A DNA stretch of 63,875 bases, counting the filler, from Neolecta irregularis DAH-3 (lineage: Eukaryota), in the NCBI GenBank assembly GCA_001929475.1. It is 15 parts of 15 records of this genome, joined end to end, with 100 filler letters (N's around TTAATTAATTAA, not from the genome) between each part and the next. Parts side by side here need not be neighbours in the genome. Positions count along the whole stretch, not along the records: positions 31,495 to 38,340 come from LXFE01002237.1; positions 38,441 to 42,081 come from LXFE01002242.1; positions 42,182 to 44,803 come from LXFE01002243.1; positions 44,904 to 48,226 come from LXFE01002248.1; 11 more parts are not named here. One strand, given 5' to 3'. This document shows positions 36,189-47,384 of this stretch, piece after piece (positions within the stretch are counted from its first letter, which is position 1; the number at the start of each line of letters is the position of its first letter). The position numbers and the translations under genes are program-made. The notes beneath the pieces are model-generated. The model was not told the DNA's origin and did no database searches. It saw only the letters and a program-made list of their open reading frames with translations.

Positions 36189-37118
36189 TTAAACCAAGAA
36201 AGCCAAGATAGAGAGGAGGAAACCCGAAGAGACCTGTAATCCGACGGCGGTATTGGTTTTCTTGGCAACGGGGGCAGTGGTGGTAACTTTAACTACAGAG
36301 GAGGTTGCAACTGGAATTATAGCAGTGAGGTTCCCGGCGGATTTTACAGCAGAGCTTTTGGCAGTGGTTTTTGAAGTAGCAGTAGAGCTTCCAGGTGCTT
36401 TTGTTGTCGAGTTTCCGGTGGCAACGATTGCGGTGCCGATTGCAACGATTGCGGTGCCGGTGGCAGTAGGTTGAACTGTGCCTGTCCCGATGCCTATGTC
36501 CGTGATGACACTCAGATCGGTAGGAAAATTTAAGCCGGTAGCTAGAGCCAGATCTGTGGGTAAAGTTATACCGGAAAGAAAGGCTAGCAAAGAGGTAGGA
36601 AAGGAGTCAACCGTAGCCAGTGTAAGGATGGATCCTGTGGCTGTGGCGTGACAGTCTGTACATTGAATTGATCCACTGACTGTTGTTCCACTTTCTACCG
36701 ACTCTGCAAAGGCGCTTCCATCATTAATTCTAATACAACCACTCAACCCTGAAAAATCAGAACAAACAGCTGTTTGGTTTCCAATTGGATTAACTTGATT
36801 TCCGCAATTTCCGTAGATTGAACTCAAGGCTAAAGGTGAGAAGGTTGCAAGAGAGAGGAGGGTACTTTGAGATACAGCAACGACGAATGGATCAGTGGGA
36901 CCGTTATTTCCCAGACAAGCGATACAACCTTCTATTGGACCGATGGTACTGAAGAGGTATCCGCAAGTACAGCCGAGTTGACAGACACCAGCGGCTTGAA
37001 AGAAGCCGTCGCATTGACAATCGTTTAGTTGTTGTTGGGAGATTGCAACTGCAGATAACGGTGCGGCCGGGGATTGCGCGAACGCTATCGGGAGGAGTAA
37101 AGCCAGGGAAATGTACAT
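36189..37118 (-). CDS. Secreted, probably GPI-anchored cell-surface protein with Cys-rich N-domain and Ser/Thr stalk
   Basis: Signal peptide MYISLALLLPIAFA, 12 Cys in the N-terminal half, a T/S/A-rich stalk, and a hydrophobic tail after KKTN (omega-like). Confidence 0.8.
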   Translation of the reverse strand: MYISLALLLPIAFAQSPAAPLSAVAISQQQLNDCQCDGFFQAAGVCQLGCTCGYLFSTIGPIEGCIACLGNNGPTDPFVVAVSQSTLLSLATFSPLALSSIYGNCGNQVNPIGNQTAVCSDFSGLSGCIRINDGSAFAESVESGTTVSGSIQCTDCHATATGSILTLATVDSFPTSLLAFLSGITLPTDLALATGLNFPTDLSVITDIGIGTGTVQPTATGTAIVAIGTAIVATGNSTTKAPGSSTATSKTTAKSSAVKSAGNLTAIIPVATSSVVKVTTTAPVAKKTNTAVGLQVSSGFLLSILAFLV

Positions 37119-37149
37119 TTGACGGGTTGATACGTCCCAGAGGGGGGGG

Positions 37150-37440
37150 TTATATAGAGGGCAAAAGGATGCATTAGGAAGTGTATCTCTTGTGGCATTG
37201 TAAGACAGGACGCATTAGGAATGTCATTGATTGGCGCCCTGGATGTGAGATCTGCATTAGGATGGGCGACTTCTGAGGGTTTGGTTGTAGGCGGAGGATC
37301 TAATGGAGGTGTAGAGGCAAACGGAAGATTCTAATGCAGGAGTAGTGGTAGACGCAAGATTCTGTGAGCAAAGATTTTGGGAGGAATGTATATTCATCAG
37401 CCAGATACGGATACATATGGACGCATTAGGAAGTGTATTT
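37150..37440 (-). promoter_or_regulatory. Promoter of the GPI gene: TATA box plus clustered GCATTAG(G/A) motifs
   Basis: TATATAA on the - strand at about 37150-37156. GCATTAGGA at 37171, 37212, 37254 and 37423, plus an inverted TTCTAATGC at about 37329. Confidence 0.5.
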
Positions 37441-37498
37441 ATATCGATAAGTGGTGGCGACAGTGGCCGGAATTAAAGGTGGCGGAGCGAGGTCGCAT

Positions 37499-38320
37499 TC
37501 AATGGGGCAGGGCAAACTCTGGCCAAGGGACGACATCATCGAGGATGTCTTCTCCGTCCTGTATATTAGCGTAATTGAGTAACCAAGACACTTTTTTCTT
37601 GCGTTTCTTTTTCTTGCGCGGCTCTCCATTCTCGTCGAACTTGCGTTTCTGGAATCAGAGGAGGAAGGGCGGGGGGCATGCCTTTTTCTTTTTCCTGGGA
37701 GCGCCGTCTCTGGCTGGGGAGGCTGAGCTTTCGCGGTCGTTTTGCGGGTCGTGGTCGTGGTCGTCGAGGCCGAGGAGGGAGGAATCGAACTTTGATTAGA
37801 GCAGGGGGCGGAGAGAGGGTACGCCGGGGACGGGGCCGGCGATGAAGGTGAAGTTTGCGATGTTTACGAGGCCGGGGTCGAGGGAGACTGAGTCGAAGAG
37901 GGCGTCTGGGCGGGCGAGCAGGTCTCTGAGGAAGGCGTCGCGGGGGATGTCGTTCCTGCCGGGCAGATCTGCGATATGGCCCTTGTAGCTCTTGCGCAGC
38001 TTCTTGCGGAGGCCTTGGGGGTCGACGCGGGAGGCCTGGCGGGCGAGGCTGTGCAGGGCATAGCGGGCGAGCAGATCGGAGGCGGGGGCGGGCTCTGCGG
38101 GGCTGCAGGCTGCGGTCAGCGGCGGCGAGGGGGGCTTACGGGTATGGGTGAGCTGGGCGAACCCTTGGGCGAACCCTTGGGGGTGGGACTGGAACTGGGA
38201 CTGGGACTGGAACTGGGACTCAGGTTGAGACTCTAGGTGGGACTCTGGGTGGGACTCGGGTTGAGACTCTAGGTGGGACTCAGCATGGGACTGCAGGTCG
38301 CTGCAGGCTGCAGGAGCCAT
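37499..38320 (-). CDS. MED19: Mediator subunit Med19/Rox3
   Basis: DLLARYALHSLARQASRVDPQGLRKKLRKSYKGHIADLPGRNDI and a Lys-rich C-terminus. Three 33-nt introns (37790-37822, 37649-37681 GC-AG, 37559-37591). The start may lie beyond the contig end. Confidence 0.85.
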
Positions 38321-39671
38321 CGGCGCTCTCTCGCTGGTAGNNNNNNNNNNNNNNNNNNNNNNNNNNNNNNNNNNNNNNNNNNNNTTAATTAATTAANNNN
38401 NNNNNNNNNNNNNNNNNNNNNNNNNNNNNNNNNNNNNNNNTGCGCGCCCGCTTCCCAAGCGCAATGGAATAATTGAATCGCCCGGGGTCAAGCCTTGGTC
38501 AGCACCAAGTAATGAAGCATCAGTATTGCAGATGGACCAATGACGCCCATGGGCCTAAACGGACTGTATAACCCTAGATTAGATAGTATGAACAATTATG
38601 TAAAAGGTTCAAATTTTCAAGACGTGACAATAGATAGTGTGCTATCTGGTTAAGTGTCAACCACCCACGGTCCACCACCAATCTGCAGCCGCGTGCTGGG
38701 CGGCGATGGCGGGGCCGGGTAGGGAGGCCTTTGTGGGGACGAGCGCGGCCATTGGTGGGGGAGGGGGCGGGAGGAGACAGAATTGACCCCCGACACTGAG
38801 CCCTCATACCACACCGTTCCACCAACTAAACTCGAGCATGTAGTACGTTTCTGACCAGAGATATATTCATCATCGCCTATATACGTGTTAGCACACAGGT
38901 TCCAGTCAATGTCTACGGTGAGTTTTGACTGCTTTGACGAAGGGTAGGTTCTTGGTGAAAATGGAGTTGAAGGTTTGTTGAGCGAGGCGGGGGTCTTGTA
39001 GCGAGGAATCAAGTTATCAAAGAAAAGACTTGACTCGCTATTCAGACAGTAACCTCGTCTATATAAAAGAAACCTTTGCAGCCCTTTTATCCTATCCGCA
39101 GAACACACGCTATGCCAAGTGGCTCAGAAAAACAAAGATAAGAAAGTAAGTAAGTAAAAATAAAAGATAAGAGCTTCTCTAAACTAGACCCAGTGAGACA
39201 ACCGGCCTCATTTCCCCTATACGAGAGGCCTACGGCGAGTCAGACCGATCCAATGACCTAGTTCTTCAAAGTTAAAATGTAGAAACGCATAGTCGATTTT
39301 GGCTGACCGCGTGCTGAAGATGTCTAAAAATGCCGCGCAGGATAGTTGATGTAACTGATTCGACGATATGGGGTGGATAGTGATGAGCGATTTGGAGGAC
39401 TGGGAGGGGATAACCATTGGGGTAGATAAGGATATGGGTAGAGGGTAGTGGAGAGTGCGGAGATGAGGTCCGTCGCTGTAACAGGGAAGTGAAGAAAATG
39501 AGTGTTTTCATGTTACTTTCGACATACGCATTATTTATTTCCAATGCTCAATAATTTAACTACAAAATCATCTTTTCAAATTCTTATTTCTATTATCGCT
39601 GTTCGGGTGGTCCTTCTTCTAGTGGTCAGTTTCCTTGAGCTAGGCCTGCAGGTGTGGTGGAACAAGGAAGG

Positions 39672-39732
39672 TGTAAGTCGTGAAGCTGTGATTACAAATA
39701 AGATCGGATTATATTTCCTAATCTAAGTAAGT
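39672..39732 (+). mobile_element. Truncated LTR-family 5' end
   Basis: TGTAAGTCGTGAAGCTGTGATTACAAATAAGATCGGATTATATTTCCTAATCTAAG resembles 34257, 47936 and 59115. Confidence 0.5.
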
Positions 39733-39743
39733 AGACCTTAGAG

Positions 39744-40575
39744 CAGTGTTGCAATGGGCCGAAGCCCATGGGCTTTTTAAAAAGCCTGGCCCAATGGGCT
39801 TTTTTGAGGGTCCGGCCCGGTTCATGGGCTTTTTCATGGACCGGCCCATGGGCAGGCCGGGCCTAACATGTGACAACCAATTTGGGTGGTGACGGACGAG
39901 TGCATCGGACGGACGGCAAGTATAAGTTGTAGACGAGAAGGGCGGGCAAGGTGGGAGACAAGCGGGGGAGCGAGATTGGAGAGACGGGCGTGAGGCGGGT
40001 GGGTCGCGGTGCGCGCACTGCTCGCCGCTGGGGTTCTTTGTGTAAGCACTGCCAGGGCTTGCAAGGCCGCACCTGCTGCACGCGGCGGCGTTGGGAGCAG
40101 CGGCGGCGCACCGGTAGCAGCGGGCGGCGGCAGCGATTGCGGGCGCGGAGCTGGGCGTGCTGCTGCTGTGGACGCTGGCAGCTCACCGCATGTTGCCCGC
40201 GAACCCTTGGCTGTACTCTTCGGTGGCAGCCTGGCGCAGGGTCGCCTTTGCGGTTGCCGATGCGCTACTCGCCCTGGCCATGCACTGCTGCTCGAGACGG
40301 GCGGGAGAGGCAGGAGAGATAGACGGGAGAGGCAGGCGGACAGGCAGGAGAGACAGGCAGGAGAGGCGGGCGAGGAGAGCGCGACGAGGGTGAGATGGAA
40401 GAGGCGGGCGAGATGGACTGGCAAGGCGGGCTGGCGACGCCGGTAGGAAGGCAGTTAGGGAGGAGACATGGGAGGAGAAGGGCTGCAATAGTACTATTTA
40501 ATATCACGTGAAAAAGCCCGTTTCAAAGCCCATGGGCCGGGTCAGAAAAAAACCCAGCCCATGGGCTTTTACTGC
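39744..40575. mobile_element. Non-autonomous hAT-like element with GGGCC/ATGGGC subterminal repeats
   Basis: It starts CAGTGTTGCAATGGGCC, and both ends are dense in GCCCATGGGC motifs. 40440-40520 is homologous in reverse orientation to 58240-58300. Confidence 0.65.
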
Positions 40576-40581
40576 GGGCTG

Positions 40582-40690
40582 CAGGGGTGAATAGAATCGG
40601 CTGATACTGAATCCAATGGTGGATTCATGAATCCACACTGAATCAGGTTTTGGATTCGTATCGATTCAATTGATTCGAATCCATGAATAT
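40582..40690 (+). mobile_element. Second hAT-like terminus (CAGGGG start) with GAATC/GATTC subterminal repeats
   Basis: CAGGGGTGAATAGAATC followed by about nine GAATC/GATTC motifs. Confidence 0.45.
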
Positions 40691-41368
40691 AAGATATAAA
40701 TAGCATTGTTATATTAAATTTCTATTTTAGTACGTCCTACGATATTCAAGTTTGGGGGAGCATGCTGACTGGAGGTGGGAGTGTGCCAAGAGCGTGATGT
40801 TTGTGCAGGGTGCAGCGGCGGCGGGCGGCAGCGGCGGGGACGAGGAGATGGCGTAGACTCGCCCTCGTACTCGAGCCTCGACGAGATCGCAGGTCGCGTC
40901 GTGCTCGAGCTGCCGCAGGCCCAGGTCGTCGCGGCCGTCGTGGTCAAGCGGGAAGGCGTCGTGCGCACCCGCTTCCAGCGCAGCGCCCCGGTCTTATACC
41001 CTTGGTCAAAGTTACTTTAACTGCGACCCCACTGTATTCTCCACTGTAGATTAATTTGGTCATTATATTATCTTGGAATAGTAGTATTCTTATTGAAGCG
41101 ATTATAGAGAACCAAAGAAATGATTAATAATAGAAAACCCATCAGACAACTGCTATGATAGTACCTGTATTGTATTCCTATGACACTCTGCTTCCCAATC
41201 CATGAACCCGGGTTGATAGATCCCATCTCTTGGGGAAAGTGGATGCACAGCATTTACAAGGTCACTAGATGCCCAACCTTTTTGAGCAATATAACCATCC
41301 TTTTGTGAAAGTTGCGCGATAATATCTTTAGCTAATCGGTGGTAGTTTGAGGAATTCTCGGTTACGAA

Positions 41369-42081
41369 CTAGTAACTTAGTGCAAATGAAGAAATGCAGA
41401 TATTCACCAATAAATCCACAGACTCTTTCAAAATAGGTTGACGATCCTTGAAAAATTGGTAATTGAAGGACATTTTTTTGCGAAGAGGATCACATCCATC
41501 TAAAAGGATTGCTACAATCCGGAAGGGATCTCCATAGAGATCTCTGATGGATGGGAAAGCATTCGTGTAACACATTGGAACCCCTTTTGAAGTTGTCCAC
41601 AAGCTTGTCAACTCCTCTACTCTTTTGACAACAAATCTGTCAATGTTCGACATGTCGCGGGAGGATTCAGAAAGACTACCGACGACATCCATCCCTGTTG
41701 ATGATCCATCAGGGTGAGGGTTTGATGTTGAGAAGAAGGTACTCATGACATGATCCCAACTCTCGTCAATTATTAAAGGATGGCCTCCGATATCTGTAGC
41801 AGTTGGATACTCAGACAGGAACAGATCATCTGGAAAGAAACCGGAGGTAGCTGGTGACTGTCCTGACCCTGTTTCATAGTTATTTGTTATAAATTCGTCA
41901 ATATAAAAATCTCCATAGCCATTATCGATCTTTGGAATGTTATTAGATATAAATTCGGGTTGCACTTCAGAAAACCTTCGATTGGTTTGGCTACGGTTGC
42001 CGCTTTGAGTGTCTTTTGTTGCAAGTCCTGATACTTCATTACTGGGTGCTGACCAAGGCTTGACCCCGGCCGATTCAATTA
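41369..42081 (-). CDS. Hypothetical protein fragment (5' end probably lost at contig edge)
   Basis: 198-aa ORF with an acidic/Ser-rich part and no recognisable domain. Confidence 0.35.
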
Positions 42082-43251
42082 NNNNNNNNNNNNNNNNNNN
42101 NNNNNNNNNNNNNNNNNNNNNNNNNTTAATTAATTAANNNNNNNNNNNNNNNNNNNNNNNNNNNNNNNNNNNNNNNNNNNNACAATTGCACCGTGAAACT
42201 TTCATCAGCCTGCTCCCTGATTCGACAAGCAACCTGGGAAATGTTTTCTCGAGGCTGACTCGAAGAAGACCGTCAAGCAGTCCTGGTTTGTGCTCTAGCA
42301 GCCCAAAATTCGACCTTTGGCCAATACAACAAGCCGAGACAGCCCCACAGGATTTCTGTATAACCATAGCAGCAGACGAGTCATATTCCAAGGCATTGAC
42401 TACGATTTGTGAGAACTTTGCCAAAGCACGCGGCGAACACTGAGCCCATGACTGCAGCACCACGGCAGAATCATCATCCGCGAGAAGTCGCGCCAAGTCC
42501 TTCTCGTCAGTTCATCAGATTTGCAATTGGCTATATACAGCGAGGCCCGGCGGATATTCGCAATTCAGCAGGTGGTTCAAAAGGTCTGGGGATTCGCATG
42601 GCTGGCCCAGATCACGAGACTGGCCAATTGCGGTCAGGGACCTCGACGCCGCTACACGTGGTCATCCACAACAACAATGTTCTCTGCATTCGCGATTGCG
42701 CCTGTTGCAAGCAATTCCATCCGAATAGAACAGGTCTTTGTACTAGGCTTGCTTTTTTTCGGCATGGACTTTTGATGGCGTTGTGATACGAGAAAATTCT
42801 ACACTTGGAATATTACTGATTACTCTGGTTAATGAACCTGTAATTCCTTAGTCTCCTTTGTACAATATATAAACCAGCCTTAGGTAGGGAATAAATCATT
42901 ACTATTTTGTTTAATCCCTGTAGTCATAGTTAAGCTCTCTCCCAGTACTCACCCCAAGTACTTTACCGCGGAAAGCGAGCACAGGTGCTCCATGAACCGC
43001 GGTTAATTGACCATACAAACGATAGTCGATTACAGCGTTTGATAGGCGCGCCCACTGGAAAGTGTCAGCAATAAATGGCTGGCCAGGTCTGGCATATTTC
43101 CGAACGCGGAAACGAACAGCTCGACAGATTACTCCGCATGCGGCCTGATATTCCTTCTCCGGTCTATATTTGCCGTTTTTTCTTTCACCCGCCTCCCGTC
43201 CTGTTCAACGATATAAAGACGTCTCGAGATTCCTTGCTAGTCCGGACCAAT

Positions 43252-44557
43252 ATGCTGAACTTCATAAACCAACAATCCGCGAATCCCTTCTACCTGAACA
43301 GTCACTCATCTTCTTCCAAGCACATTGTGAACGAACCATCGCCCCTTCGCTTTGCACTGCCTGCTATTACTGGTGCAGCGCATACTTCACACACATCAAC
43401 TCCACAATCAGCACCGGTCAGAAGATGCACGCCACATCCCCTACAGCTCCCTGAAATCCTTGATCTCATACTGGGGTTTCTTGATTGCACCAATCCAATT
43501 CCTAGCGAGCCTGCTCCTGCTCGACGGAAACCATTGTCACTTCGACATGCCCGTCTTATCTATCCAACTGAAGGACAAGCTAGCGCGGCTTGGGAAGCTG
43601 CATGTCGCGATGACAACAGAATCCCTCAACATACAACTGCAGGAGTATACAACTGTCTTACTGTCAATTCCGAATGGTACGATTCCGCCCGACGAGTCCT
43701 TTCAAAACGCCTCTTCTTCGACGATCAAACTAAGTGGGAAAACTTCGCATCGCAGCCGTTTGATAGAATGGCAAACACCTTGGTTCTTCACAAATTGAAG
43801 ACTACAACTCAAACCATGGTGAATAAATTATATCAACCAAGACTAGAATGGCTGGAGTTTTATGTTTGCCCCAACCTCCTTCCCTCTCCATCTCTCCTCT
43901 CGCAATTCTTAAAGCGGCTAGCGCTCCCGGGGTCTGCCAGAGTTGACGATGAATTTCTTGCTCTGGTCGCCAATAATTGCCCTTACCTTGAAACTTTGGA
44001 TCTTCGAGCCTGCGAAGCCGTCAGCGATACTGGACTAGTCTTTATTGCCGATAGATGTCCAAATCTCAAGTACCTCAACGTCGGAAGAATCGAAGGAGGA
44101 CATATGATTACTTGTCGCGGTGTTGGTGCAATATCGAGGCAGACTCAAGTTGATACCCTTGGACTAGCTGGATGCGATATTGGTGATAGCGGAATGTGGG
44201 ACATCGCTCAGTATCGAGGGGACGGCATTGAACGGTATGCTCACTCTAGACCTATCAAACTCACATCCTAGCCTCTCTCTTAATGGCTGCAAACTCCTTA
44301 CCAATCGTTCAATCCCTCTTATCCTTCGACATACTCCCAACCTTCAGGTCCTTGAACTGCGTCAGTGCACACTGATTACCAACGTCCGACCAATTATTGA
44401 ATTCAAGCGAAGAGGACAGCCACTAGTCGAAGGTTGCGAAATCTTTGAAGAAAGAATGCGAGATGAAGAACGAAAGATGGCGAGGGAGGAACGTAAAGCT
44501 AGACTTTCTAGGTCTGTGGAACACGGACCACAGTCCTCTCTGCGAAGAAGAATATGA
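43252..44557 (+). CDS. AMN1: Antagonist of mitotic exit network Amn1 (F-box-like/LRR)
   Basis: LQLPEILDLIL, RRKPLSLRHARLIY, CLTVNSEWY, LVLHKLK, LEWLEFYVCP, LETLDLRACE, LNVGR and TLGLAGC...IERLSLNGC. One intron near 44235-44271. Confidence 0.88.
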
Positions 44558-44903
44558 CGTAGTATGTTTTGGTTTGTGGAGTTTGGGCACTACTATTTTT
44601 GTATAATATCTAATTATAGCGAAAATTGCACTAGTTTAATTCCTAATTATTGCCTCTTCTCCCTCTCCCGTCCTTCTCCCGCCTCTTCTCCCGCCTTTCT
44701 CCCGCCTTTCTCCCGCCTCTCTCCCGCTCTTCTCCCGCTTCTTCTCCCTCTCGCCCCTCTCTCCCGCCTCTTCTCCCGCCTCTCTCCCGTCTCTCTCTCT
44801 CTCNNNNNNNNNNNNNNNNNNNNNNNNNNNNNNNNNNNNNNNNNNNNTTAATTAATTAANNNNNNNNNNNNNNNNNNNNNNNNNNNNNNNNNNNNNNNNN
44901 NNN

Positions 44904-45084
44904 ATAATCATATTTTTCACCATGAACAGTGAGGAGAAAGGAGACCAGGAAACCGAAAAACTTCATGATGAAGTGCGTAGTAGTGGGTGGATGGGAGCAT
45001 TTTATACCATTTTGCAACAAAATGCTAGGCCGACCACGGTATGCAAATATTCGTGATCGAGGAAGAAATTCGAACATGATGTGA
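44904..45084 (-). repeat. 181-nt near-identical copy of 47226-47406 (5' end of the secreted-protein gene)
   Basis: By-eye alignment shows 2 substitutions. It is bounded by a linker and a short N gap. Confidence 0.9.
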
Positions 45085-45173
45085 NNNNNNNNNNCAACCG
45101 CGCCTTCTGCCTGTGGCGGTGCTGCAGAGTACTTGCCGATGTTTTTTGTGTATTCTCCTGTTCGGTCTGTCTT

Positions 45174-45303
45174 CCGTTCTGTCCCGTTCTGTCCCGTTCT
45201 GTCCCGTTCTGTCCCGTTCTGTCCCGTTCTTCCCGTTCTGTCCCGTTCTGTCCCGTTCTTCCCGTTCTTCCCGTTCTGTCCCGTTCTGTCCCGTTCTGTC
45301 CCT
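45174..45303. repeat. 10-bp tandem repeat (CCCGTTCTGT)n with 9-bp variants, upstream of AHA1
   Basis: About 13 units are directly visible. Confidence 0.95.
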
Positions 45304-45389
45304 TCCACCGTCTTCCCTTCTTCCGACACCCACCACATCCACCTATCTACCACATCCACTCCACCACATCCAAGGGTTACTCCGTTATA

Positions 45390-46474
45390 ATGCCCCTCAA
45401 TCCAAACAACTGGCACTGGGTAGACAAAAACTGCCTCCCCTGGGCACACGCCTACTTGAAACACGCCCTCACAGACATCGCCGTCGCCGGCCCCGAGGGC
45501 TGCGTGACCACCACCGCCCTCGACGAGTGCTCCGGCGACGTAGACCTCTCCCTGCGCAAAGGCAAGTTCATCACCCTCTACGACGTAAAACTGGCCATCG
45601 GCTACACTGGTTGCCCCCCGCCCGGCCCCGCTGACCTCAGGCTCCACCCCTGACAACGCGCCCCTCGCCGGCCGCATCCTCGTCCCCGAAGTCGCCCACG
45701 ACTCCGATGTCCAGGACTACGTCGTACGTCCCCCTTGTTCCCCGCCAACCCCAGTTTGATATCCAAATCTTTGAAGAGACGCCCCAAAAATCCCCAATCA
45801 AAGACCTCATCAAAAGAGACTTGACCCCAAAACTCTGCTCTGCTCTCGCAAATTTCTCAAAAGACTTGATTCAAGCACATGCAAAAGACATTCAGCAGGA
45901 CACCACCAACAACCAACCTACCATCAACCATACCACCAACAACCAACCTACCACCGACAACCAACCTACCACCGACAATACCACCGACAATACCACCAAC
46001 CAACCTACCATCAACAATACTACCAACCAACCTACTACCTCTTCACTAGTAAACACTACCACTCTCACAGACTCGGTCGAATTTCTCGCTCCTGCTTCAG
46101 AATTATATGCTTGCTTCATAGACCCCGCTCGTATCACAGCTTGGTCCCGCTCCCCTCCCTCGCTAAATCCAACTATAAACGGCTCCTTCTCACTCTTCTC
46201 AAACAACGTTTCCGGAAAACTTTTATCCCTCGACCCCGACAAAAAACTCGTTCAGTCTTGGAGACTCTTCAATTGGCCTGAACGTACCTTTTCATTCAAA
46301 TCACCACTAACAATAGACCACTACTCCATCCTGAGTTTGGTCTTTGATCAAGGATTAGATAGCACCATATTGCGTGTAACTTGGTCACACGTGCCAATAG
46401 GCCAACAGGACGTCGTTTTACGCAATTTTCACGAATACTATGTAAAAGGCATCAAATCCACTTTTGGATACTAG
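45390..46474 (+). CDS. AHA1: Hsp90 co-chaperone Aha1
   Basis: MPLNPNNWHWVDKNC, LRKGKFITLYDVKL, ILVPEVAHDS and a C-domain LYACFIDPARITAWSR...LVQSWRL...YYVKGIKSTFG. The linker carries TTNNQP repeats. Confidence 0.93.
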
Positions 46475-46485
46475 TCTTTGCAGTC

Positions 46486-46650
46486 AAGTTCCACTGCACA
46501 TTGAAAAGTTGAATTAGACAGATACATAATTAGATACAGTCCAAGTCCATGCATCGTTAAAAAGTTGCATTTACAGATACATGAAAAATGCATTCCAAGT
46601 CCACTGCACAGTTGAAAAGTTGCATTTACAGATACATGAAAAATGCATAT
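46486..46650. repeat. About 55-bp tandem repeat, three degenerate copies
   Basis: Unit ccaagtccactgcacagttgaaaagttgcatttacagatacatgaaaaatgcat. Confidence 0.8.
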
Positions 46651-46808
46651 CCCTCCAATGACTGGCGCTTTAAATGTCTCGTACAAGCAGGCTGTTGGAC
46701 ATTGATAGGAACTACAAAACTACCAAAGTTCACCAATACTCTGCTACAAAAACCTAGTCTTATTTATATCTCGGCTTCAATACTTCCAGAAACTGCACCC
46801 TATCTCAA

Positions 46809-47288
46809 TCAAGTAAACGTTTGTCTGTCTCCGCGTATTATAGGGAAAGGATCACCGCACCGATCGGAATCCCAGCGGAAAGTTAGAGTATTCTCATTCG
46901 GACAATTGTAAAAGTAAACATATTTCTTGTTATACCACACCAAGTAGTCCGGTTTGTTTTTATCATAGTTTCCTCCATTATCCGCGAGGATATATAAATT
47001 GGTTTCCCCAGTGCTAGTGAAGTAGACTGTCCCTTTATCATCGTCCAACCCCGAACGATTACTATAACCATCTTTCGTCTTAACGCTCGTATGCAAATTA
47101 TCGTGAGCTAGGAAGAAATTCGAACATGATGAGGTATCAGCCGCAACTACGAGTTCATAATAAGTATCGTTAGTAGTAGTGAGACAACGTCGGGGCACTC
47201 TGTTGTCCTCAAGGTAGATGGTAAAATAATCATATTTTTCACCATGAACAGTGAGGAGAAAGGAGACCAGGAAACCGAAAAACTTCAT
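46809..47288 (-). CDS. Small secreted protein (159 aa, 4 Cys)
   Basis: Signal peptide MKFFGFLVSFLLTVHG and C-terminal YFYNCPNENTLTFRWDSDRC. Intronless. Confidence 0.7.
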   Translation of the reverse strand: MKFFGFLVSFLLTVHGEKYDYFTIYLEDNRVPRRCLTTTNDTYYELVVAADTSSCSNFFLAHDNLHTSVKTKDGYSNRSGLDDDKGTVYFTSTGETNLYILADNGGNYDKNKPDYLVWYNKKYVYFYNCPNENTLTFRWDSDRCGDPFPIIRGDRQTFT

Positions 47289-47384
47289 GATAAAGTGCGT
47301 AGTAGTGGGTGGATGGGAGCATTTTATACCATTTTGCAAAAAAATGCTAGGCCGACCACGGTATGCAAATATTCGTGATCGAGG

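Noticed and set aside
26404..38320. Apparent clustering of two Mediator genes (MED15, MED19)
   Set aside because: They are separated by two linkers and lie on different contigs, so the adjacency is an artefact of concatenation.
38803..38817. 15-mer CTCATACCACACCGT shared with 55491-55505 (TVWYE on the minus strand)
   Set aside because: The flanks do not align convincingly, so homology cannot be distinguished from chance without a search.
39834..40507. Many overlapping 80-200 aa ORFs in GC-rich tracts (also 29315-29614, 44856-45677, 50918-51876)
   Set aside because: These are stop-poor GC-rich repeats or shadow frames of real genes, with no domain signal.
42182..42790. Possible gene start on the minus strand (LARLLADDDSAVVLQSW...)
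   Set aside because: It is truncated by the linker, the exon structure is unresolved and no family was recognised.
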